Shown here: positions 52,795 to 59,997 of the stretch, piece by piece
Layout: every line of letters starts with the position of its first letter
Numbering within the stretch: the stretch's first letter is position 1
Source: a virus
Length of the DNA: 59,997 nucleotides
Virus record (IMG/VR): IMGVR_UViG_3300029535_000005
Location: 1-59,997 of that record
Direction: 5' to 3' (one strand)
Program-made: the position numbers and the translations under genes
Notes under the pieces: generated by a model
Database searches by the model: none
Told to the model about the DNA's origin: nothing
The model's input: the letters and a program-made list of their open reading frames with translations, nothing else

Positions 52795-53233
52795 CCATCA
52801 TTCTCGCCCATCCAATTTCTACGTTGCTATCAGCTGCATAATGCTTGATCGTTGCGCTGACGGTTGCTGTATCGCTTGTTACATTGATAGTGTAAGTTTG
52901 CAAAAAATTAGCCCATATGCCCGTATCTGTATGAGGAGTACACAAATACGCCATTGATCCATATAAATCACCATCACTCTTTTTTAGCCCTAAATTGTAC
53001 GCAAAAGGTGTATGTGCGTTCAATTCGCCGCTTGATACTACTAACCACTTCCCTTTTGCTAATAGTAAAGTGTTTAGCTCGTATTCTATATTAGCGGACA
53101 ATTTACTGCTAATTAACAGCGTATCGGTTTGTTTATAATTACCTATGTTATTTAACTGTGCTAAAGCTTTGTTTGACGCACGAAATAGATGCATGTTAAA
53201 ATATGACGTAAAAAACGTTATATTTTTTCGCAA
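52778..53233 (-). CDS. Hypothetical protein, convergent with the tail fiber gene and overlapping it by 17 nt
   Basis: 151-aa ORF with no convincing RBS for either candidate start. It lies beside the repressor gene, where lysogeny-expressed genes often sit. Confidence 0.4.
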   Translation of the reverse strand: MRKNITFFTSYFNMHLFRASNKALAQLNNIGNYKQTDTLLISSKLSANIEYELNTLLLAKGKWLVVSSGELNAHTPFAYNLGLKKSDGDLYGSMAYLCTPHTDTGIWANFLQTYTINVTSDTATVSATIKHYAADSNVEIGWARMMAIRLA

Positions 53234-53439
53234 TTTAAACGTTTTTGTTGACCTAAAGTGACAAATCAGACGATTTGTGTCGAAACTTGCGACCGAAATG
53301 ATTTGAATAATGCTGGCAAAATTTGTAAAATAAAATTGTCCGATAAGGGCACTTCAAGTTCTGGAGAGGGGGCGATGTTTGGCGATTCATTGCCCTCTCA
53401 AATGTTACTGGTAAATAATGGTAATTTTTTTGTGTGGGG

Positions 53440-53468
53440 TTGACTGCAAAGAACGTACGTTCTATAAT
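53440..53468 (+). promoter_or_regulatory. Consensus sigma-A promoter with a GAAC-N4-GTTC (LexA/Cheo-type) palindrome in its spacer
   Basis: TTGACT 53440-53445, GAACGTACGTTC 53451-53462, TATAAT 53463-53468 (17-nt spacing). Confidence 0.65.
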
Positions 53469-53509
53469 GACATTAACATTATCGGTTGCAGAGATTGGAG
53501 GAGAATAAA

Positions 53510-53650
53510 ATGGGGGAAAATGAGTGCAATAAGGAAACAGCGTTTTACAAGGAAAAAATAACTGAAATGGTCGTTAAGTGCGACAACGAGCGATTTTTGA
53601 AATTTTTATATAACACAATACTTTCATTCAAAAAAAAGTGGGGCATTTAG
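53510..53650 (+). CDS. 46-aa protein under the LexA-box promoter (candidate antirepressor)
   Basis: TTGGAGGAGAATAAA RBS before the ATG. Sequence MGENECNKETAFYKEKITEMVVKCDNERFLKFLYNTILSFKKKWGI. Confidence 0.5.
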   Translation: MGENECNKETAFYKEKITEMVVKCDNERFLKFLYNTILSFKKKWGI

Positions 53651-53663
53651 TGCCCCTCTTTTT
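53630..53663. terminator. Bidirectional intrinsic terminator shared by the convergent genes
   Basis: An A-run, GGGGCA-TTTAG-TGCCCC, then a T-run. It overlaps both stop codons. Confidence 0.65.
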
Positions 53664-53997
53664 CATGCCAATAGGTTATATTGTCAAATATAGTCTGTCT
53701 ATGTTCTTTGCTAAGTTTCATTAGCATTTTTAAGTTATCGAGCAATTCACTATCTGACATAAGGTCTGGAAGAATATCTTGTGCGTTTTCTAAATTATCT
53801 TCCCAACCCATTAAATAAGATGGAGAAACTTCAAGAACTTTCCCAATAATTTCTATTTTATCACTTGGAATATTAGTAATAATGTTGTTTTCATATTTAT
53901 ATAGTGTTTGCTTTGAAACTTTTATTTTCTCTGCAAGCTCTACTTGTGAAATACCTAAAAGCTCTCTCTGCTTTTTTATCTTATCTCCGATTGTCAT
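53647..53997 (-). CDS. cI-like repressor: XRE HTH with no S24 peptidase domain
   Basis: MTIGDKIKKQRELLGISQVELAEKIKVSKQTLYKYENN...SPSYLMGW. Only 116 aa. Confidence 0.85.
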   Translation of the reverse strand: MTIGDKIKKQRELLGISQVELAEKIKVSKQTLYKYENNIITNIPSDKIEIIGKVLEVSPSYLMGWEDNLENAQDILPDLMSDSELLDNLKMLMKLSKEHRQTIFDNITYWHEKEGH

Positions 53998-54021
53998 TTG
54001 AGTTTTCCTCCTTTCCTATTG

Positions 54022-54118
54022 GTAACTTTATTATAACACAAAAAAGTTACTCGTCAAGAAAAAAATAACTTGACAAGTTACCAAAATGGAATATAATAAA
54101 AGTAACTTCAAAAGTTAC
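54022..54118. promoter_or_regulatory. Lysogeny switch: divergent promoters with GTAACTT-N3-AAGTTAC operators
   Basis: Plus strand: TTGACA 54070-54075, 16 nt, TATAAT 54092-54097. Minus strand: TTGACG (54052-54057), 16 nt, TATAAT (54030-54035). Operators at 54065-54081 and 54102-54118, with half-sites at 54022 and 54044. Confidence 0.7.
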
Positions 54119-54140
54119 GAAGTTAGAAAGGAGTAGTCAT

Positions 54141-54347
54141 ATGGTTGATACAAACAAACTTCGCGGCGTTATTGCTGAAAATGGCAAAACACAGGCTGAT
54201 GTTGCGGAAATGATTGGAGTTACGCCAAAAACATTTTATATGAGAATGAGTAAGGGCGTTTTTGGAAGCGACGAAATTCAGGTTATGATTGATAACCTTC
54301 ACATCCAAAATCCAATGGATATTTTTTTTGCAAAGAAAGTAACTTAA
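54141..54347 (+). CDS. Cro-like HTH regulator
   Basis: 68 aa, divergent from the repressor. Sequence KLRGVIAENGKTQADVAEMIGVTPKTFYMRMSKG. Confidence 0.7.
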   Translation: MVDTNKLRGVIAENGKTQADVAEMIGVTPKTFYMRMSKGVFGSDEIQVMIDNLHIQNPMDIFFAKKVT

Positions 54348-54377
54348 AAAGTTACTAGAAAGGAGATGTAAAAAACA

Positions 54378-54632
54378 TTGGAAAAATCAAGATATTCTGT
54401 TTTGGATTCATCTGGAAAAGCAACGATTGTTGAGCGTAAAGACGGAAGATATATTGACATTGAAGAAATGGCGCAGCATGTCGCATTTAATGTTTTGGAC
54501 GATTACAGCAAAATTCTTAATGGCGAAAAGAAAATTGATGAGACAAACATTAGATTGTCTATCAATGTTCTCAACGCCGTTGCTCCGTTAGCAAAATATT
54601 TTAGAACGGGCTGTGCCTACGGAAAGGATTAG
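54378..54632 (+). CDS. Hypothetical protein (TTG start)
   Basis: 84-aa ORF that overlaps a convergent small ORF. Confidence 0.4.
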   Translation: MEKSRYSVLDSSGKATIVERKDGRYIDIEEMAQHVAFNVLDDYSKILNGEKKIDETNIRLSINVLNAVAPLAKYFRTGCAYGKD

Positions 54633-54789
54633 CAGATGCAGATACTTTTGCTAAAGTTGGTTTTTCTTCCGAAATTTCTTCATTGATTTCTTCGCAGTAT
54701 TGGTCGTACTTGATTTTGAAATCATTGAAAGAACCGTTATATCCACAGATTTTAGCAATAGCGTAGGCAGATACATATTCATCGTTCAA
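54601..54789 (-). CDS. Hypothetical 62-aa protein on the minus strand
   Basis: GGGAGGTG RBS 5 nt upstream of a TTG start. Confidence 0.45.
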   Translation of the reverse strand: MNDEYVSAYAIAKICGYNGSFNDFKIKYDQYCEEINEEISEEKPTLAKVSASANPFRRHSPF

Positions 54790-54839
54790 AATTACACCTC
54801 CCTTATTTAATGATAAGGGAATTATAACACAGAAAGGGG

Positions 54840-55580
54840 TTGGAGAAAACGGACGAGTTAGTGAAAGTCAATTTTGATACACAGACAGTATCGGCAAGAG
54901 AACTGCACGATCAGTTACATATTGGAACAAGATTTAACGATTGGTTCCCACGTATGACAGAATATGGATTTGTAGAGGGAACAGACTTTTACTCAAAAAT
55001 GAGTAAAACCGATAATGGTGGCAGACCATCAACAGATTACGAAATTTCTGTAGACATGGCAAAGCAGATTTGCATGATTCAGAGAACACCAGAGGGTAAA
55101 GCAGTCCGCCAGTACCTCATCGACTTGGAAAAGGCGTGGAACACACCAGAGCAGGTATTTGCCAGAGCGTTAAAGATGGCTGACGAGAAAATCAACAGCC
55201 TTAAGGAAAACAACACAAGGCTGATTGCGGAAAATCAGCGTATGAGACCGAAGGAAATTTTTGCAGATGCGGTGTCGGCAAGCCACACATCAATTCTTAT
55301 CGGAGATTTGGCAAAGCTGATTTGCCAGAACGGCTATCAGATAGGACAGAAGCGGTTGTTTGAGTGGTTGCGTGAGAATAACTTCCTTATTAAATGTGGT
55401 TCATCGAAGAATATGCCACAGCAGAGATATGTTGAACAGGGGTTATTCGAGGTAAAGGAAAGCAACGTGCAGAATCCGGATGGATCAGTAAGGATCACTC
55501 GGACAACTAAGGTAACTGGAAAAGGACAGATATATTTTGTCAACAAATTCTTGAACAGAGGTTATTTTTATGAAAAATAG
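54840..55580 (+). CDS. Phage antirepressor (AntA-like N-terminal and KilAC C-terminal domains)
   Basis: VSARELHDQLHIGTRFNDWFPRMTEYGFVEGTDFY and IFADAVSASHTSILIGDLAKLICQNGYQIGQKRLFEWLRENNFLIK. Confidence 0.8.
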   Translation: MEKTDELVKVNFDTQTVSARELHDQLHIGTRFNDWFPRMTEYGFVEGTDFYSKMSKTDNGGRPSTDYEISVDMAKQICMIQRTPEGKAVRQYLIDLEKAWNTPEQVFARALKMADEKINSLKENNTRLIAENQRMRPKEIFADAVSASHTSILIGDLAKLICQNGYQIGQKRLFEWLRENNFLIKCGSSKNMPQQRYVEQGLFEVKESNVQNPDGSVRITRTTKVTGKGQIYFVNKFLNRGYFYEK

Positions 55581-55642
55581 AAAGGAAAACTGGTAGATTC
55601 CAATAACTCATATGGAATTGGAAAGATTAACAGGAGGAATTC

Positions 55643-56029
55643 ATGGATAAACAAACGAACATTGCTTTAAGAAAAACGTTAGATCAGATCGGCGCAAGCC
55701 ATTCGCTCAAAGGATACACATACACAATTAGAGCGATAGAGAAATGTCTGGACGACAGGGATGCGCTTAGATGTGTTATGAAGGAAATTTATGCAAAAAT
55801 CGCAGAAGAGAACGGAACTACCGCATCCAAAGTAGAAAGAAACATCCGGAACTTAATAGAGGTCACATGGATAAATGGCAATGTGAATGCGATCAATGAG
55901 ATTTTTGGCTATACGGTTTCGCCGAAAAAGGGGAAGCCAACCAATTCAGAATTTATTGCGGTAATAACAGATTTTGTGTCCTTGCACGGGCAGGAAATTG
56001 AAAGTGATTCTTATAAGTGGCGGGAGTGA
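55643..56029 (+). CDS. Spo0A C-terminal (DNA-binding) domain protein without a receiver domain
   Basis: KGYTYTIRAIEKC...IYAKIAEENGTTASKVERNIRNLIEVTW...INEIFGYTVSPKKGKPTNSEFIAVI closely parallels the Spo0A effector domain. Confidence 0.85.
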   Translation: MDKQTNIALRKTLDQIGASHSLKGYTYTIRAIEKCLDDRDALRCVMKEIYAKIAEENGTTASKVERNIRNLIEVTWINGNVNAINEIFGYTVSPKKGKPTNSEFIAVITDFVSLHGQEIESDSYKWRE

Positions 56030-56037
56030 AGTTCGTA

Positions 56038-56312
56038 TGAAGAAGTTGGCAAGGGTGATTGAATTTGTAGGCGCGGCGATCTTTTTTCTTTGTATGTGTG
56101 CGGATGCAACGGAAAATCCTATTGTAGCGGTACCGACCATAATCAGCTTACTCTTATTGTATGCCGGATCAAGAATTGAAGGAGGATGGCAGGATGCGGA
56201 AGAGATTGTCGAAGATCATTATTATTATGTTGATGGTGATGACACTGACGATGGTATTACCTACATTACATACGACAGCAACGGAACCGAGCGATACATG
56301 GATTTCAAATGA
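56038..56312 (+). CDS. Possible small membrane protein
   Basis: MKKLARVIEFVGAAIFFLCMC... It overlaps the next gene by about 120 nt, so it is doubtful. Confidence 0.3.
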
Positions 56313-56724
56313 GTATCTTCCTTATATAAAGGAGATTTCAAACGAATATCATATTTGCCCGGAAATGGTAATGGCGATCATCGAGCATGAAAGCAGTGGA
56401 CAAGCCGATGTGGAGAATGGTGGATGCAAAGGTCTCATGCAAATTTATGAAAAATATCACAGAGACCGGATGGAAAGTCTTGGAGTAGAAGATCTCTATG
56501 ATCCGTATGGGAATATTCTCGTTGGATGCGATTATTTGGCGGAGTTGTTTGAAAAATATGATGGAGACATGAGCACAGTCCTTATGATCTATAGCGGAAA
56601 ATCAGATGCGTTGACCAGAACATACGAGAATCGCACTGAATATGCCAAAAGCATAATGAACAGGACGGTTGAACTTGAAAGACTTCATGAAGAAACGGAA
56701 TCAGACTTTGGAGAGGGTCTATAA
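56194..56724 (+). CDS. Lytic transglycosylase (SLT domain) with an N-terminal signal or TM segment
   Basis: GAAGGAGGA RBS. MRKRLSKIIIIMLMVMTLTMVL. The catalytic region is IIEHESSGQADVENGGCKGLMQI. Confidence 0.8.
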   Translation: MRKRLSKIIIIMLMVMTLTMVLPTLHTTATEPSDTWISNEYLPYIKEISNEYHICPEMVMAIIEHESSGQADVENGGCKGLMQIYEKYHRDRMESLGVEDLYDPYGNILVGCDYLAELFEKYDGDMSTVLMIYSGKSDALTRTYENRTEYAKSIMNRTVELERLHEETESDFGEGL

Positions 56725-56760
56725 ACACTACTACATTATAATACGAGGAGAATTTCAAAT

Positions 56761-57411
56761 ATGAATAAAGAAACAATGGAAAACAACAAAGTGGAACTGG
56801 CAGGCGTGATTATTTCAGAGCCGGAGTTTATGTATGAATCATACGGAGAAAAATTTTACAAAATGTCTCTTGGAATAAAAAGAAAGAGCGGCGCCGTAGA
56901 CGAGATCCCATTAACCATTTCAGAAAGACTGTTTGATATTGAGGACAGATATTCGGGAATGGAGGTAATGGTTTCTGGAAGTTATCGCTCATTCAACAAA
57001 CAGGAGGGCACTAGACGCCGGTTGATCTTATCGGTGTTCGTTCGTGAAATCGAGGCGATTGATTCAAAAGATGCGGATATTGATAAGAATTGCATTACGA
57101 TCAATGGATATGTTTGCAAAGAACCAAATTACAGAGAGACGCCACTTGGTCGCGAGATCACAGACATGCTGATTGCAGTAAACAGAGATTATGGGAAATC
57201 TGATTACATTCCGTGCATTGCCTGGGGGAGAAATGCAAGATTTGCAGGCGGATTTAAAATCGGTACCCGTGTTAAGTTGATTGGAAGAATCCAGAGCCGA
57301 GAATACGACAAGAAGATTTCTGACACGGAGTTTGAGAAGAAAGTGGCTTATGAGGTTTCCGTAAGCAAATGTGATGTGATTGAGGAGGGGAAAAATGAAA
57401 ATAACAATTAA
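56761..57411 (+). CDS. Putative double-OB-fold ssDNA-binding protein
   Basis: Two repeats of an SSB-like pattern (VELAGVIISEPEF..., ITINGYVCKEPNYRETPLGREI...IPCIAWGRNARF). Confidence 0.5.
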   Translation: MNKETMENNKVELAGVIISEPEFMYESYGEKFYKMSLGIKRKSGAVDEIPLTISERLFDIEDRYSGMEVMVSGSYRSFNKQEGTRRRLILSVFVREIEAIDSKDADIDKNCITINGYVCKEPNYRETPLGREITDMLIAVNRDYGKSDYIPCIAWGRNARFAGGFKIGTRVKLIGRIQSREYDKKISDTEFEKKVAYEVSVSKCDVIEEGKNENNN

Positions 57412-59431
57412 GAGTATTCACATCGAGAATTTCAAGGGCATCAATATGCTTGACGTGAATTTCTCTGTGAAAACGAAGATCAGCGGGCAGAATGCCGTAG
57501 GAAAGACAACGATCTTTGATGCGTTTACATGGCTGCTTTTCAACAAGAACAGTTCCGGAGAGGAAAAGTTTAATGTCCGCCCTTTAAATAAGGAAGGAAC
57601 ACGTATTGATAACGTGGAAATAAAGGTTGTAGCAATTATGGACGTTGATGGCAAAGAAGTAGAGCTTTCCAAGGTTCAGAAGCAGAATTGGGTCAAGAAG
57701 CGTGGCACAAATACAGTGTCATTGCAGGGAAATCCAAATTCATACGAGATTGACGGCTATCCAAAAAGTGAAGCTGAATTTAAGGAGTATGTATCTGGTA
57801 TTGCGCAGAGTGAGGAAATGTTCAAAATGCTGACTAATCCGCAGTATTTTTCTTCTTTGAAATGGAAAGACCAGAGAGATATTTTGATGAAACTTGTTTC
57901 AGATGTTTCAGATGTAGAGCTGGCACAGACGGACGCGAAGTATGCACCATTGCTTTCAGAATTGGAGAAAGCACCGTCTACGGATGATATTAGAGCAAAA
58001 TTCTCCAAAGCATTGAACGAGTGGAAGAAGAAACAGGCAGAGATTCCAGTCCGAATTGACGAAGCCATGAAATCCAAGGTTGACATCGATGTTGCAGAAC
58101 AGGAACTTGCGAAAACAGACTTGGAAACCAAAATTGCAGATATTGATGCGAAGATCAAAGATTCTGACGGAGTAATGATGGAGTTAGAACGTGAAGAAAT
58201 GCAGCTGCAGTTTGATATGTCTGGGATTATGCAGACTATGAATCGCGATCTGACAAACAGGAGAAGCGAGATCCAAGCAGAATTACGCGATTTGCAAAAC
58301 GAGATGAAGCGATTTGCAGATACGATTGCTTTGAAAGAGAGACGGGTTTCAGAAAATGAGACGGTTATTTCCAATGCTGATTCAGAGCGGAAAAGGATTG
58401 GAGAGGAGTACATCGCAGAAACAGCAAAGGCTTTTGATGAATTCCCATATCTGTTTGATGAATCCAAGTGGGTATTTGATGAAAACAGCACCGTTTGCTC
58501 ATTGTGTGGTCAGAAGTTGCCGGAAGATAAAATTGAGCAGTTAAAGGCTGATTTTGAAAGCAGAAAGCGAAAAGCCAAGGCAGATGCAGAAGAAAAGTTA
58601 AAATCAGAAAAGATCAGATTTGACACAGAAAAGAGAACAGCACTGAACAGATTAGTTGATATTGGCACAGAGAGAAAAAATCTTATCACAAAATTAAGGG
58701 ATGAAAATGCCAAAGTAAAGGAAGAAATAAAGTCCTTAAAGGAACAGGAGCAGGAAGATATTGCAAAAAAAGAAAAGCTCTGCCAGCAGTTATCATTGAT
58801 TCCGGAAATTGCCGATTATTTGCAGAATGAAGAGTACATGGAGTTGAAAGCAAGGTATGACGAAGTTCTGGAAGAAATTGAAAAGATGAACGCCAATGGA
58901 GAGGATGCAGCAGTTGAATCCTTAAAATCTGAAAAAGAAGAGCTTCAGGCGCGTCTTGATGATGTAAACAAAATCATTGCAAAAGCATCTATGAATGTTG
59001 AGATTGATGAGCGTATCTGGCAGTTGCAGGAAGAACAGAAAGAAATCGGGCAGAAGGTTGCGGATCAGGAACAGATTCTTTACCTGTTGGAAGAGTTCAT
59101 TCGTTTCAAACTCAACAAGGTTTCTGAATCCATCAACAGCCATTTTAAGACAGTTAATTTCAAACTCTTTGAAATGCAGTTAAATGGCGGTATGAAAGAT
59201 TGCTGTGAGTGCACCGTAAATGGAGTGCCGTATTCGACTTTGAATAGCGGTCATAGAATTGTAGCCGGACTTGATATTATCCGTTCTCTTAGCGAGTTAT
59301 ATGGCGTTATCGTGCCGATTTTTGTGGATAACGCAGAGAGCTTAAATGATTTCAATGTGCCGGATATGGATGCACAGTTAATCCTTTTGAGTGTATCAGC
59401 GGACAAGCAGTTGAAAGTGGAGGGTGTTTAA
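57395..59431 (+). CDS. SMC/Rad50/RecN-like AAA ATPase with a long coiled coil
   Basis: Walker A GQNAVGKTT at the N-terminus, a central coiled coil with CSLCGQ (zinc-hook-like), and C-terminal Walker B IFVDNAESL. Confidence 0.8.
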   Translation: MKITIKSIHIENFKGINMLDVNFSVKTKISGQNAVGKTTIFDAFTWLLFNKNSSGEEKFNVRPLNKEGTRIDNVEIKVVAIMDVDGKEVELSKVQKQNWVKKRGTNTVSLQGNPNSYEIDGYPKSEAEFKEYVSGIAQSEEMFKMLTNPQYFSSLKWKDQRDILMKLVSDVSDVELAQTDAKYAPLLSELEKAPSTDDIRAKFSKALNEWKKKQAEIPVRIDEAMKSKVDIDVAEQELAKTDLETKIADIDAKIKDSDGVMMELEREEMQLQFDMSGIMQTMNRDLTNRRSEIQAELRDLQNEMKRFADTIALKERRVSENETVISNADSERKRIGEEYIAETAKAFDEFPYLFDESKWVFDENSTVCSLCGQKLPEDKIEQLKADFESRKRKAKADAEEKLKSEKIRFDTEKRTALNRLVDIGTERKNLITKLRDENAKVKEEIKSLKEQEQEDIAKKEKLCQQLSLIPEIADYLQNEEYMELKARYDEVLEEIEKMNANGEDAAVESLKSEKEELQARLDDVNKIIAKASMNVEIDERIWQLQEEQKEIGQKVADQEQILYLLEEFIRFKLNKVSESINSHFKTVNFKLFEMQLNGGMKDCCECTVNGVPYSTLNSGHRIVAGLDIIRSLSELYGVIVPIFVDNAESLNDFNVPDMDAQLILLSVSADKQLKVEGV

Positions 59432-59997
59432 ATGGGAGAAGTTATCAAATCTTACAAAGGATTTAACAAAAATATGACTTGTCGTGGCTTTCAGTACGAA
59501 GAAGGAAAAGAGTATGAGGAAGAAATCGTAGAAGTTTGCGATCATGGATTTCACGCTTGCGAGTATCCGCTTGATTGCTTGAATTATTATTATCCAAATG
59601 AAAGCGTATACCACGAGGTAGAGCAGAGCGGAGAAATCCAGAAACATAATGATGATACTAAGGTAGAATCTACAAAAATTAAGATCGGAGCAGAAATTAG
59701 CATTGCGGGTCTTGTTAAAGCTGCAATCGAATATACAGTAAAACGTGTAAAAAAGGACGCTGAAAGCGATGAAAAGCATGGAGCATCCTCGGCAACCGGA
59801 TACAAGGGAGCATCCTCGGCAACCGGCACCTATGGAGCATCCTCGGCAACCGGCACCTATGGAGCATCCTCGGCAACCGGATACTATGGAGCATCCTCGG
59901 CAACCGGATACTATGGAGCATCCTCGGCAACCGGAGACAAGGGAGCATCCTCGGCAACCGGAGACTATGGAGCATCCTCGGCAACCGGATACTGTGG
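59432..59997 (+). CDS. Repeat protein, N-terminal part (continues at 2..574): Cys/His N-domain (DUF7666-like by recollection) followed by GASSATGxx repeats
   Basis: ATG 59432 overlaps the upstream stop (TAAATG). Sequence MGEVIKSYKGFNKNMTCRGFQYEEGKEYEEEIVEVCDHGFHACEYPLDCLNYY... The frame is open to the window end. Confidence 0.8.
   Translation, partial: MGEVIKSYKGFNKNMTCRGFQYEEGKEYEEEIVEVCDHGFHACEYPLDCLNYYYPNESVYHEVEQSGEIQKHNDDTKVESTKIKIGAEISIAGLVKAAIEYTVKRVKKDAESDEKHGASSATGYKGASSATGTYGASSATGTYGASSATGYYGASSATGYYGASSATGDKGASSATGDYGASSATGYC
59780..59997 (+). repeat. 27-bp tandem repeat, 8 units; the last two are duplicated at the window start
   Basis: Units start at 59780, 59807 ... 59969. 59926-59997 equals 1-72 exactly. 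Confidence 0.95.

Noticed and set aside
53258-53443. 61-aa plus-strand ORF upstream of the LexA-box promoter
   Set aside because: It has a GTG start with no RBS, it would terminate inside the -35 element, and its sequence is not protein-like.
1-59997. Diversity-generating retroelement, retron, CRISPR-Cas or a toxin-antitoxin pair as the hidden system
   Set aside because: No reverse transcriptase, cas gene or recognisable toxin partner was seen in any frame. The lone RHH genes (19551, 34441) have no adjacent toxin-like ORF.

Overview
The window looks like a complete, circularly permuted genome of a temperate siphovirus-type phage. The last 72 nt (59926-59997) are identical to the first 72 nt, so the unique length is about 59,925 bp, and one gene runs across the junction. 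Gene content points to a spore-forming Firmicute (Clostridia-like) host. All calls rest on reading the six-frame track, RBS and start context, and hand-folding of RNAs. No database search was possible, so family names are motif recollection and starts are approximate.

Gene order on the + strand:
- **53.6-54.4 kb:** lysogeny switch.
- **54.8-59.4 kb and 0-14 kb:** early, replication and recombination genes. These include an antirepressor, a Spo0A C-terminal-domain protein, a lytic transglycosylase, an SMC/Rad50-like ATPase, a RecT-like protein, a sigma factor, an MBL hydrolase, SSB, an ERCC4-like nuclease, a replisome organizer, two YopX proteins and an SNF2-methyltransferase fusion.
- **14.8-16.3 kb:** tyrosine integrase and a candidate attP.
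- **16.4-19.4 kb:** terminator-bounded cargo block.
- **19.5-25 kb:** regulators.
- **26.0-27.8 kb:** tRNA and structured-RNA region.
- **27.9-30.4 kb:** small Cys-rich genes.
- **30.5-52.8 kb:** packaging, head and tail module, with the lysis genes embedded inside it.

Most interesting signals:
1. Three hammerhead-ribozyme-like (type II permutation) motifs sit in the leader and both intergenic spacers of a minus-strand three-gene cassette (21.9-23.0 kb).
2. A roughly 0.9 kb ORF-poor, hairpin-dense region carries three non-canonical tRNA-like modules beside four canonical tRNAs. It may be a large ornate ncRNA.
3. A GAAC-N4-GTTC (LexA/Cheo-type) box lies inside a consensus promoter that drives a 46-aa ORF convergent with a peptidase-less cI-like repressor.
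4. The phage carries sporulation-regulator homologues: a Spo0A DNA-binding domain without a receiver domain, and a SigF/G-like sigma factor.
5. An attP-proximal cargo block encodes unusual Gly/Trp-, Gln- and Cys-rich proteins.
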